DNA from: Flavobacteriales bacterium
GTDB taxonomy: Bacteria > Bacteroidota > Bacteroidia > Flavobacteriales_F > PHOS-HE28
NCBI GenBank assembly: GCA_019912395.1
Contig: JAIOIH010000014.1
Span: 16,800 to 80,799 of the forward strand
Reading direction: 5' to 3'
Length of the DNA: 64,000 bases
Below, one piece after another: positions 42,368 to 51,450 of this stretch. Each line of letters starts with the position of its first letter. Position 1 is the stretch's first letter. The notes beneath the pieces were generated by a model. That model searched no databases. It saw only the letters and a list, made by a program, of their open reading frames with translations, and was not told the DNA's origin. The position numbers were made by a program, and so were the translations under genes.

Positions 42368-43839
42368 CAGCCGCGCACGGGTATGTCCGACATCCAACCG
42401 GGAATGTTCCTCAAGCGTTGTCCGACAGTTGCGGCGCGTGAAAAGACCAAACCGTAGTCTGTCTTCAATGCACCCTTGCGATTGTCCTGGACCACGGAGC
42501 CAGCGGAGTACACGAGCGGGAAACATCCGTTGTAATTCATCCCCACGCTGTCGGCCGTGGTCCTGAAATTCTCGAAGAACTTCCAACTCGATTCGCTGCG
42601 TGCATTGAAGAACAGCACGAGGGACCCTTGTGCGTTCAACTTGGTCGTTGCTATCTCCAGGAACTTTGTCATCGCAGCCGTATACTCTTTCGCGCCCTTC
42701 GAGCGTTCCTTCGCGTTCGAGACGATGATCTCGGATGCATAGTCCGGTGTTTCGCCAAGGATCATGTTCCAGAGTTCAGACAACTCCAAGTAGGGTATCC
42801 GATCGCTGTGTGGTGGATCGGTAATGAACAGGTCCACGGAGCCATCCTGCAGTTCCGGCAACCGATCAAGCGTATTGCCGTTGATCAGCGCACAATCGGC
42901 GACGCTGGCATTGACCTCCTGAATATCCCCGAGAATTGGGGCTTCCGGTTTCGATGTAGCGCCCGACAAGGCCTTGATCAGCTTCTTCACCCGCCGCTCG
43001 AAGCAGTTCCAAACGTTTACCTCGAAGTGTTTCGCAGGTCGCCAGAAACCGATCACCCAAGAACCGACCTCGATCCGATCACTGCCCGCGCCAGTGGTTT
43101 TTCCGCGACCGGTTATGGCAAAGACCATCTTGCTCATCTGGCCAACGGCTGCTGTCAACGACAGTCGCAAGGCCTCCCGCATCTCTTCGGGTAGCTCCTC
43201 GATCGCAGCTAGCAACAGTTCGATGTTCCGCAACGCCCTTCCTGTGAACAGGTCGTGGAGGGTCAGCGCATCTGAAGCATTGATCCTCGCATTGTTGAAG
43301 AAGCGCGGTTGGCGCAGCATGCGGGGTGTGTAGCCGTCAAAGCGCTCAAGGAGTTCCAGGTCGGCAGGCGTGGGTTCCGTCTCCACTCTCGCGTGGCCGC
43401 TGCCGTTCGTTTGCCAGACCTTGATCATTCGCCCTTCCACCCACAAGAAGTGCGAGGCAGTTCCACCCTCACCGATCGCATAGCTAGATTCGATCGCTGC
43501 CTTGGCAGCACTTTTGATCCGACGAAATGCTTCGGAGACCGCCTCGGAAGTAGGAGGTGATACCAGCAGCTTCGTGATCCGGATCGCCGCCGGATTGATA
43601 TCGATGCCGACCACGCGACGCCCCACTTGCAACGCCTCGATCGCAGCGATGCCAGACCCCATGAAGGGATCGACCACCAAGCCGCCTTCCGGGCACAAAT
43701 GCTCGATCAAGTACCTGATCGGCTCTGATGGCTTCTTGCCCCAATACTTGTGGAATGCATACAGTCCACGGTATCCCCCAGGCCGTGATAGTGCTTCGAC
43801 CTGTGGTATGTATGCGAGTTCAGGAATCACCAATTGCAT
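42367..43839 (-). CDS. Amino (N6-A/N4-C) DNA methyltransferase
   Basis: HKYWGKKP, motif I VVDPFMGSG, and motif IV variant ITDPPH near the C-terminus. Confidence 0.88.
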   Translation of the reverse strand: MQLVIPELAYIPQVEALSRPGGYRGLYAFHKYWGKKPSEPIRYLIEHLCPEGGLVVDPFMGSGIAAIEALQVGRRVVGIDINPAAIRITKLLVSPPTSEAVSEAFRRIKSAAKAAIESSYAIGEGGTASHFLWVEGRMIKVWQTNGSGHARVETEPTPADLELLERFDGYTPRMLRQPRFFNNARINASDALTLHDLFTGRALRNIELLLAAIEELPEEMREALRLSLTAAVGQMSKMVFAITGRGKTTGAGSDRIEVGSWVIGFWRPAKHFEVNVWNCFERRVKKLIKALSGATSKPEAPILGDIQEVNASVADCALINGNTLDRLPELQDGSVDLFITDPPHSDRIPYLELSELWNMILGETPDYASEIIVSNAKERSKGAKEYTAAMTKFLEIATTKLNAQGSLVLFFNARSESSWKFFENFRTTADSVGMNYNGCFPLVYSAGSVVQDNRKGALKTDYGLVFSRAATVGQRLRNIPGWMSDIPVRG

Positions 43840-43940
43840 TCTACTTCGTGCTCTTTATGCGTTCGTTCAAAAGTAACGGTGCCCTTTGAAGGTTACCCTT
43901 CGGATCGTGCCTGCTTATCAACATCGCCTCGGATTCCTCG

Positions 43941-44283
43941 TCCCGGCGGGCGGGTGTTTCCCGAGTGCCCACTGTTCCATCCGCCTCCGGCAGCCTCCGG
44001 CGCTTAGGCCAGGGTGGCCTTCGGCCTTGGAGGGTTCACGCTGATCCGCCCGTCGGCCCCGGCATTGTAGAGGCTCTTGGCCGGAAATTTCCCACTTCGT
44101 GATCGGCTCTGCTCAGAGCGCTGGAAACCGTCCGAGGCGGACCGGCGTGCCGGTACTCGGCAGACCATTGGGATCACGGGCAAGGCGTGCGCCCGATGAA
44201 AAGCAATAACCGGGAGGAGGCCGGAGGCCGATCAGAAGCGGGCACATGCCTTCGGTATGCGGGCTCGCGAAACACGCGAGCGC
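43941..44283. mobile_element. MITE/REPIN-like element, copy 2
   Basis: Highly similar to 40708-41150 without the internal duplication; together the two copies flank the R-M pair as direct repeats. Confidence 0.65.
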
Positions 44284-44317
44284 CGGGTTGGCAGCGATGG
44301 CAACTTCGGGTCCATGT

Positions 44318-44331
44318 ATGACCACCGTCAT
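44318..44331. promoter_or_regulatory. Putative Crp/Fnr-family box ATGAC-cacc-GTCAT
   Basis: RTGAY-N4-RTCAY about 52 bp upstream of the heme-binding gene. Confidence 0.65.
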
Positions 44332-44383
44332 ATCCCGCCCACTCCCTCCCGGAATACCTTGTACCAAACCATCTCAACCGATC

Positions 44384-44875
44384 ATGATCAAGCGCATCCT
44401 CCTTATTGCACTCGGCATCTTCCTGCTGGCTCAACTGATACAGCCGAACCGCAGCGTACCCGCGGCGGATCCCGCCAACGACATGCTGAAAATGACCGGC
44501 GCACCGGCGGACATCCAGCAGATGGTGATCGGGGCGTGCTACGATTGCCATAGCAACCAGCCGCAGTATCCGGTATGGGCCTACATCACGCCGGTGAATT
44601 TCTGGATACAGAAGCACATCGATGAGGCCCGGGAGGATGTGAACTACTCCCGCTGGGACATCTTTGCTGGGACGAAGGACGCTGCCAAGAGCGGCAAGAC
44701 GATCACGAAAGGTGAGATGCCACCGCCGAACTATGCGAACATGCACGGCCACGCACAGCTGACCGCCGCACAGAAGCAGCAACTGGCCGCATGGTTCGAT
44801 GCGAACGTCACCAGAGCGGGCAAAGAAGGCGGCGACCATGAACATGGAACAAAGGATCACGATGATGAGGACTGA
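44384..44875 (+). CDS. Heme-binding domain protein (Haem_bd-like monoheme cytochrome c)
   Basis: N-terminal anchor, ACYDCHSN...YPVW, GEMPPPNY..MH, His/acidic tail. Confidence 0.88.
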   Translation: MIKRILLIALGIFLLAQLIQPNRSVPAADPANDMLKMTGAPADIQQMVIGACYDCHSNQPQYPVWAYITPVNFWIQKHIDEAREDVNYSRWDIFAGTKDAAKSGKTITKGEMPPPNYANMHGHAQLTAAQKQQLAAWFDANVTRAGKEGGDHEHGTKDHDDED

Positions 44876-44888
44876 GCCCTCAAACTGA

Positions 44889-44919
44889 CGCAAGCGTCCG
44901 ATGCATATCGGACCACGCT
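44889..44919 (+). repeat. 31-bp hairpin element downstream of the heme-binding gene
   Basis: CGCAAGCGTCCGATGCATATCGGACCACGCT, inverted copy of 41202-41232. Confidence 0.7.
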
Positions 44920-44992
44920 CGTGCTTTCATCATCCAAGCGCACGCTCGCGCCAGTATGGGCGGCCATAGGCTATCGCTTCCCTGGCACGGTA

Positions 44993-45364
44993 TCACTTCC
45001 CCTCATAGCTCACCTTCTTTCCAATAGAGGAAAGCCCCAACATGGCATCGGACGAGGTGAAGATCGTGTGCAGGTGTTCCAGCTCGGACGCGCAGCCGCG
45101 GCCATCGGTGATCAGCTTGTCCGCGATGCGCAAGGCGAGGGGGGCCTTGCGCTGCAGGGTGCCCAGGATCCGTTCCACCTCGGCGGGTGCGATGCCGTTG
45201 CCGCCGTGCTTCCCCGCGAGGAGCTCCTCGATGCCGTTGCGCTCGAAGAAGGCCGCGATGCCTTTCCACGGCTCGGCCGGTGTGCCGGTGCGGGGCGCGG
45301 GCGGGGCGAGCGTTCCGTCCAGGATCGCGTCGATTTCGTCGTGATCGGCGATGCCGTCGATCAA
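44993..45364 (-). pseudogene. Orphan duplicated 3' end of the 3-hydroxyacyl-CoA dehydrogenase/enoyl-CoA hydratase gene
   Basis: Near-identical to 48632-49003; encoded peptide identical except DEI versus DDI; no 5' portion. Confidence 0.9.
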
Positions 45365-45498
45365 GCGCCCGCTCTCGCCCGTATTAGCGGCTCCATCGGG
45401 GACTCATTCATTGCCGTCCAAGCGCTTTTGTATCGGTGTGAAGTGCCCCTTGGGGCGGTGCAGCCATAACGGAAGGATCCTTCGCATCTTCGCACCTG

Positions 45499-48207
45499 AT
45501 GGCCACGCCGCTGGAAGATAAGCTCGACGACCTCTCGCGCTGGACCATGTTGGCGTGCGAACATCACCGCAGCGGTCGCGTGGAGGATGCCTTGATGAAC
45601 ATGCGCAAAGCGGGCGAGGCGGCGGCGAAGGCCATCATCACCAGCCAATGGTCCGGCAAGCGGGGCACGGATGCCATTGCGGGGGTCTCATTCGCCGGGA
45701 TGATCCAGCTCATCATCCGCAATGGGCTCGCCACCAAGCCCACCATCCTGCTCTTGCAAACCTTGCAGGTGGAGGGCAACAGCGCCTCGCACGACAACCG
45801 CTTGAAGCGGGGCCGCGCGGAACTGGGCATGGCCAGCCTCAACGAGCTGGTGCATTGGCTTTACGAGGAAAACTTGGGCCGAAGCTTGCCCGATGAACTG
45901 CGTGCCGCTTTCAAACCCGTGTCCGCCGCTCAGGCCACGGCCCCCAAAGAGCGCCGCTCGAGCAAGGCGGATCAACGACAGGAGGAGCGCATCGCGGAAC
46001 TGGAACGACGCATCGTCGAACTCAATGTGGGCACTTCCACGCGGAGCAGGGATGATGATGCCACCGGCAAGGTCCTCGCGGAACTTCGGCAGGAACTCGC
46101 ACTGGCCCGGGCGGAGCGCGCTCCGCAGCAGGAGGAGCCCATCCCGGAAGCACCCCATGTGGCCACGCCTCGCGGGAGGGCATGGGGCATCGGGATCGGC
46201 GTATTGGCCGTGGCGATGCTCGCGGGATGGCTTTTCCTGCACCGGTCATCCGGGAGGAAGGCTGTGGTGGCGACCGAGGTGGTGGCACGTGCTGACAGCG
46301 CCACGTTCACGCTCGTGCTGGTGCCGCTCACCATTCTTCAGGACAACCCGAACATCCACATCGACCTCGTGGCATCGCTGAACAACCGCTTGCAACGCCG
46401 CATCGCCGAACGGCCTTATGCCGTCCGCGTGATAGTGGACACCACCCGGCGGTCGGCAACCCCCACCTCGGGGCAGGCGTGGGAACTCGCGCGGACCTGG
46501 CATGCATCGCTCGTGCTCTTCGGGGACCTGGTGGAACCCACCTCCAGCGACAGTGGAACGGCGACATTGAACTATGCCTTGCGCCGCCGGTCCGATGTGG
46601 TTTCCGGCACCATTGCCCCAAGCCGGTTCCGCACCATGGCCGATCCTTCCGTGGACCGATTGATGGACGAATGCGTCTGGTTGTTCGACCTTGCCCTTGC
46701 CAACCGCCTAGCGGCCGGTGGAGGCTATTCCCCCGCGTTGGAGGTGCTGTATGCCGCAAGGTCGAACACGCCCGAGGGAGAACTCACGCGCCACGTCCTC
46801 ATGGCCCAATGCCATGCCGCGCTGGGCAACAATGCCGCTGCATTGCGCGAGGCCCAATGGTGCTTGGACCATAACCCCGGCGATCCGGAGACCCTCGCCT
46901 TCCTCGGCACCGTCTATACCGGCCTCGGTGATCGCGCCAAGGCCGCTATGGTCCTCGAACAGGCCGTGGCCAAGGCACCGAAGAACGCCGACTTTCGCTT
47001 GGGCCTGGCCAACGTACTGGTGGACCGGGACCATCCCGGCTCCGCGAACAACGCACGGGCCGAGGCACTGGTACAGGAGGCCATCAAGCTGGATCCCGAT
47101 AACGCCACGGCATGGGCCTACGCGGCATTCGCGCACATGCTGAAACAGGAATGGACCGAGGCCGCGCGGTGCTTTGAGCGTTCACTTCAATTGCAGCCCC
47201 GCAATGAGAACACCATCGTGAACCTCGCGCAGCTCGAAGCGTTCCGGTTGGACAAGCCCGAAGCGGCGGCCGAGCGGCTCACGGTGGCCATAGGTAAGGA
47301 CAGCGCCGATCCGCACGCGCTCTTCCTGCTGGCGGAGATCTATACCCGCACCTCAATGAAGGATCCCGATGCGGCGCAAAAGCTCTACGCGAAGGCCAAC
47401 GCGAAGGAACCCATGGCCAAGTACGGAGCGGAGATCGGCCAGGCGGATGCCGCCTACGGGGCCGGGGACATGAAGGCCGCGCTTGCCCATTACACCGCCG
47501 CATGGGCCATGGACAGCACCGATCCGCGCATTGCCAACCAGATCGCCAACATACTGATAGCGGGGCACCGCGATGCGCGGGCATTGCAAGTGCTGCGGCA
47601 GGGACTGGCCCGGGACCCGGCCAACCACATGTTGAACGCCAACATCGGCCAGGTCCTGATGGCCGGGCCAAAAGACCTGCGGGACCTGAAGGCCGCAGAG
47701 CGCTACCTCACCACAGCGCTCGCCACGGACCCGCTGGACACGCTGGTGCTGGAGCAATGCGGCAATGTGCGCGTGATGTTGGGGGACATGCAGGGCGCGG
47801 AAAAGGTATTGCGGATGGCGTACCGCCTGGATCCGGATGGTTACGGCGTGAACAGGGGCCTGGGCCTGATCCGTGATTCGGAGAACGACCTCGTGCAGGC
47901 CCGCATGCACTATGAGAAGGCTATCGCCCTGAAGCCCAAGGACGACGTGGTGGCCTCCAATCTCGCATACGTCCTGTTGCGCACTTCCCCCGGTCTGGTG
48001 CTCCAAGGCCTCTATTGGGCCAAGCGTTCCGTAGAGCTGGAACGCAGCCCGGAGAATTTGTTGATGTATTCCAATTTGTTGCAGGCCTCGGGAAAATACA
48101 ACGAAGCCGCAGATGCCTACTATGAGGCCATCAAGGACCGTCCGGACCTGCGGCAGCAGGATATCGAGGAAGTGCTGAACGCCAAGGGGCTAGGGCGTTC
48201 CAACTGA
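45499..48207 (+). CDS. DUF4145/HEPN-like - coiled coil - TM - multi-TPR protein
   Basis: N-terminal MRKAGEA...LQVEGNSASH motif, coiled coil (EERIAELERRIVEL), TM segment WGIGIGVLAVAMLAGWLFL, many TPR units. Confidence 0.8.
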   Translation: MATPLEDKLDDLSRWTMLACEHHRSGRVEDALMNMRKAGEAAAKAIITSQWSGKRGTDAIAGVSFAGMIQLIIRNGLATKPTILLLQTLQVEGNSASHDNRLKRGRAELGMASLNELVHWLYEENLGRSLPDELRAAFKPVSAAQATAPKERRSSKADQRQEERIAELERRIVELNVGTSTRSRDDDATGKVLAELRQELALARAERAPQQEEPIPEAPHVATPRGRAWGIGIGVLAVAMLAGWLFLHRSSGRKAVVATEVVARADSATFTLVLVPLTILQDNPNIHIDLVASLNNRLQRRIAERPYAVRVIVDTTRRSATPTSGQAWELARTWHASLVLFGDLVEPTSSDSGTATLNYALRRRSDVVSGTIAPSRFRTMADPSVDRLMDECVWLFDLALANRLAAGGGYSPALEVLYAARSNTPEGELTRHVLMAQCHAALGNNAAALREAQWCLDHNPGDPETLAFLGTVYTGLGDRAKAAMVLEQAVAKAPKNADFRLGLANVLVDRDHPGSANNARAEALVQEAIKLDPDNATAWAYAAFAHMLKQEWTEAARCFERSLQLQPRNENTIVNLAQLEAFRLDKPEAAAERLTVAIGKDSADPHALFLLAEIYTRTSMKDPDAAQKLYAKANAKEPMAKYGAEIGQADAAYGAGDMKAALAHYTAAWAMDSTDPRIANQIANILIAGHRDARALQVLRQGLARDPANHMLNANIGQVLMAGPKDLRDLKAAERYLTTALATDPLDTLVLEQCGNVRVMLGDMQGAEKVLRMAYRLDPDGYGVNRGLGLIRDSENDLVQARMHYEKAIALKPKDDVVASNLAYVLLRTSPGLVLQGLYWAKRSVELERSPENLLMYSNLLQASGKYNEAADAYYEAIKDRPDLRQQDIEEVLNAKGLGRSN

Positions 48208-48232
48208 GGGAGGGGCCGCCCTGCAACGCAGG

Positions 48233-48612
48233 ACATTGCGAACGGCGAAGCGATCCCAAGCGTAACGCTCGGATCGGCCAAGTGCATTCCACCAATGGGT
48301 TTCGTGATGGACGGTGCTTACCACCACTCCGTGCATACTCGCCTGAGATCGCTTCGGCAGCCCGCCCCCTTCGGGTTGCGGGCTTTCTCGCGATGACGTG
48401 CGTTGTGGTGGGTGCGGTATCAGACTGCGGGTCGCACGGCGCTCATTCCGCGCACGTCATTGCGAGGTGTTCGGGGTGCGCGACAGCGCATACCGAACAC
48501 CGAAGCAATCCCAGGCCGACAGCACGGATCAGCCACGAGCATGCACGCAATCCCCTTCGTGGTGGACGGTGCCTACAACCACTCCGTGCCAACAGGCCTG
48601 GGATCGCCTCCG
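48233..48612. repeat. RPE/REP-like palindromic repeat cluster
   Basis: CATTGCGA...CGAAGCRATCCC occurs twice, plus modules shared with 21313-21415 and 40392-40626. Confidence 0.8.
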
Positions 48613-48631
48613 GCTCATCGGCCCATTGGTA

Positions 48632-50629
48632 TCACTTCCCTTCATAGCTCACCTTCTTTCCAATAGAGGAAAGCCCCAACATGGCATCGGACGAGGTGAA
48701 GATCGTGTGCAGGTGTTCCAGCTCGGACGCGCAACCACGGCCATCGGTGATGAGCTTGTCCGCGATGCGCAATGCCAGTGGGGCCTTGCGTTGCAGGGTG
48801 CCCAGGATCCGTTCCACCTCGGCGGGTGCGATGCCGTTGCCGCCGTGCTTTCCCGCGAGGAGCTCCTCGATGCCGTTGCGCTCGAAGAAGGCCGCGATGC
48901 CTTTCCACGGTTCGGCCGGTGTGCCGGTGCGGGGCGCGGGCGGGGCGAGCGTTCCGTCCAGGATCGCGTCGATGTCGTCGTGATCGGCGATGCCGTCGAT
49001 CAGGCCCATGGCCAGCGCATCGGTGGCGTTGAGCATGCGGCCGGTATGCACCAGGTACTTGGCGAGGCCCTTGCCCACGCGGGTGGCGGTGCGTTGCGTG
49101 CCGCCCAGCCCCGGATAGATGCCGATGCCCGTTTCGGGGAAGGCCATCACCGCCTTGGGGTGCGCCACGATGATGTCCGCGCAGAGGGCCAGCTCCAGGC
49201 CACCGCCCAGGGCGAGGCCGTTGAGCACGGCCACCACCGGCTTGGGCGATGCGTCGATGCGGTGGAACACCTGCTGCCCGTAGGCCGTGAAGCGCTCGAT
49301 CGCGCTGATGTCGCCGCGCTTCATGTGGGTGACGAAGAACTTGATGTCGGCACCGGCCACGAAGGCCTTGCCCGATCCGGTGAGGGCGATGGTGCGCACC
49401 TGCGGATCGGCGAGGGCGGCTGCGAAGCGCTCGTCGAGCTGGGCCATCACCTCCTCGTTCAGCGCGTTGTTGTCCTCGGGCCGGTCCATGGTGATGGTGG
49501 CCACGCCGTTGCGCACTTCCAACTTCACGTGTTCCATGGCCCATGCCGCAGGGCCGATGGTCGTGGGTGCCGCCACGCCGTAGCGCGCGGCCACATCGCC
49601 CACCATGCGGCGCACTTCCGCCTCGCCCCGTGCGCGCATCAATGCAATGGGGCCCTTGCGCCAGCGCAGGCCGATGCGCGCACCGCGTTCGATGGCCAGG
49701 GCATCGCACACCTGCTCGTCCAGCAGTTGCGTGCTGACGAAGCAGACGATCCCCAGCATGCGATCGGCGATGGTGCGGTGCAACGCCTGATCGGCGGATG
49801 CTTCGCCGGAAAGGTCCCAGGGCACTCCGGCCTCGGTCTGCCGTTGCAGGCCGGGGCTCACCGTGTACAGCGGTCCGAAGACCTCCAAGGTGCGTTGCGC
49901 GTGGTAGGCCACCGGCACGCCCGTGGCGTTCATCAGCGCGAAGGGGCCCATGCCGATGCCGAAGGCCTTCATGCAGGCGGCATCGATGGTGGGGATGTCG
50001 GCGAGGCCCTCCTCGTGGATGCGGACGGCTTCGTTCAGCCAGGGCACGAAGAAGCGGTTCACCACGAAGCCGTAGGCATCGCGGCATTCGATGGCATCCT
50101 TGCCGGTGCGGCGGCAGAAGCGGCGCACCGCCTCCATCACCTCGGGCGCGGTGTGCTCGCCGGGGATGATCTCCACTAAGCGGTTCTTCGCCGCGTGGAA
50201 GAAGTAGTGCAGGCCCACGAAGCGCTCGGGACGGCTTACCGATGCGGCCAGTTCCGTTACGGAGAAGGACGAGGTGTTGGTGGCCAGGACCGCGTCGGGG
50301 CGGACGATGCCGTCGAGCGTGCGGAAGAGCGTGGCCTTGGCGGCGCGGTCCTCGAAGATGGCCTCCACCACCAGGTCGCACGCGGCCAGGTCCTTCAGGT
50401 CGGTGGTGCCGGTGATGCGGCCCAGCACCTCCTCCACCGTGCCGGGGGCGAAGACCTTGCGCTCCACGCCCTGTTGCAGCATCGTCCGGATGCCTTCCAT
50501 GCCTTTATGGATGAACCGTTGTTCACGGTCCGCCAGCAGCACGGTGGTCCCTTCCTGGGCGAACTTCTGCGCGATGGCGGCACCCATGGTGCCGGCACCC
50601 ACCACGCCTACGGTTCCGATCTTCATCAT
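48632..50629 (-). CDS. 3-hydroxyacyl-CoA dehydrogenase / enoyl-CoA hydratase fusion
   Basis: VGVVGAGTMG, VEAIFED, ATNTSS, GLHYF, MGPF, then crotonase motifs AFVAGADI, ALGGGLEL, FPETGIG. Start at ATG 50629. Confidence 0.92.
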   Translation of the reverse strand: MMKIGTVGVVGAGTMGAAIAQKFAQEGTTVLLADREQRFIHKGMEGIRTMLQQGVERKVFAPGTVEEVLGRITGTTDLKDLAACDLVVEAIFEDRAAKATLFRTLDGIVRPDAVLATNTSSFSVTELAASVSRPERFVGLHYFFHAAKNRLVEIIPGEHTAPEVMEAVRRFCRRTGKDAIECRDAYGFVVNRFFVPWLNEAVRIHEEGLADIPTIDAACMKAFGIGMGPFALMNATGVPVAYHAQRTLEVFGPLYTVSPGLQRQTEAGVPWDLSGEASADQALHRTIADRMLGIVCFVSTQLLDEQVCDALAIERGARIGLRWRKGPIALMRARGEAEVRRMVGDVAARYGVAAPTTIGPAAWAMEHVKLEVRNGVATITMDRPEDNNALNEEVMAQLDERFAAALADPQVRTIALTGSGKAFVAGADIKFFVTHMKRGDISAIERFTAYGQQVFHRIDASPKPVVAVLNGLALGGGLELALCADIIVAHPKAVMAFPETGIGIYPGLGGTQRTATRVGKGLAKYLVHTGRMLNATDALAMGLIDGIADHDDIDAILDGTLAPPAPRTGTPAEPWKGIAAFFERNGIEELLAGKHGGNGIAPAEVERILGTLQRKAPLALRIADKLITDGRGCASELEHLHTIFTSSDAMLGLSSIGKKVSYEGK

Positions 50630-50643
50630 GCGTTCAGGTGGTT

Positions 50644-51444
50644 TCACTTGTGCTTCCACACGGGCGGGCGCTTCTCCAGGAAGGCGGTGATGCCCTCGTT
50701 GGCATCGTCGGTGGCCATGAGCTGGCCGGTGTACAGCTGCTCGAGATGGGGCAGGAAGTTGCCCAGCACATGGTTGAACTTCACGCGCACGGCACGCGTA
50801 GCGAAGCGCAATGAACTGGCGCTGCGCGGCAGGATATGCGCCGCGATGTGTGCGTCGATCAGCGCGTCCAAGGCATCGGGTCCGTCGGCCACGGCGTTGA
50901 GCAGGCCCATGGACAGGGCCTCTTCGGCGGTGATGCTGCGGCCGGTGAGCAGCAGGTCGGTGGCGCGCTGCAGGCCGATCTTCTCGGGTAGGATGATCGA
51001 CGCGGGCGGTGCGAAAACACCCAGCACGATCTCCGGTTGACCGAAGCGCGCGCTCTTGTCGGCGAAGAGGAAATCGCACATGATCGCCAGTTCCATGCCG
51101 CCGCCCAAGCACTGGCCCTGCACGCGTGCCAGCGTGGGGATCGCGAGGTCGCGCAACGTGAGGAAGAGGCCGTGGAAGGCGCGCAGCATGGCCGGTGCCG
51201 TGTCGCGCTGATGTTCCTCGACGCTGGCGCCGAAGGAGAAGTGCTTGCCGGCGCCCTCGAAGGTGATGAGCTTGACGGCCGGCTTTTCCTTCATGCCGTC
51301 GAGGATCTGCTGCAGGCTCTCCATCATCACGTGGTCCAGCACGTTGCCCTTGCCGTCGTCCAGGGTGATGCGCGCCACTGCGCCACCGTGCTCCATGCGC
51401 AGCGTGATCTTCTCCAGGGTCATGGTCTCATCGGATGTGCTCAT
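50644..51444 (-). CDS. dch: Cyclohexa-1,5-dienecarbonyl-CoA hydratase
   Basis: HFSFGASVEEH, GQCLGGGMEL, FGQPEIVLGVFAP, SASSLRFA, THDA-like ATDDANEG; motifs and context of Dch. Confidence 0.88.
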   Translation of the reverse strand: MSTSDETMTLEKITLRMEHGGAVARITLDDGKGNVLDHVMMESLQQILDGMKEKPAVKLITFEGAGKHFSFGASVEEHQRDTAPAMLRAFHGLFLTLRDLAIPTLARVQGQCLGGGMELAIMCDFLFADKSARFGQPEIVLGVFAPPASIILPEKIGLQRATDLLLTGRSITAEEALSMGLLNAVADGPDALDALIDAHIAAHILPRSASSLRFATRAVRVKFNHVLGNFLPHLEQLYTGQLMATDDANEGITAFLEKRPPVWKHK

Positions 51445-51450
51445 GTCGAT

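Noticed and set aside
40312-48631. Integron with attC cassettes
   Set aside because: No integrase in the window, genes point in both directions, and the repeats lack clear RYYYAAC/GTTRRRY ends.
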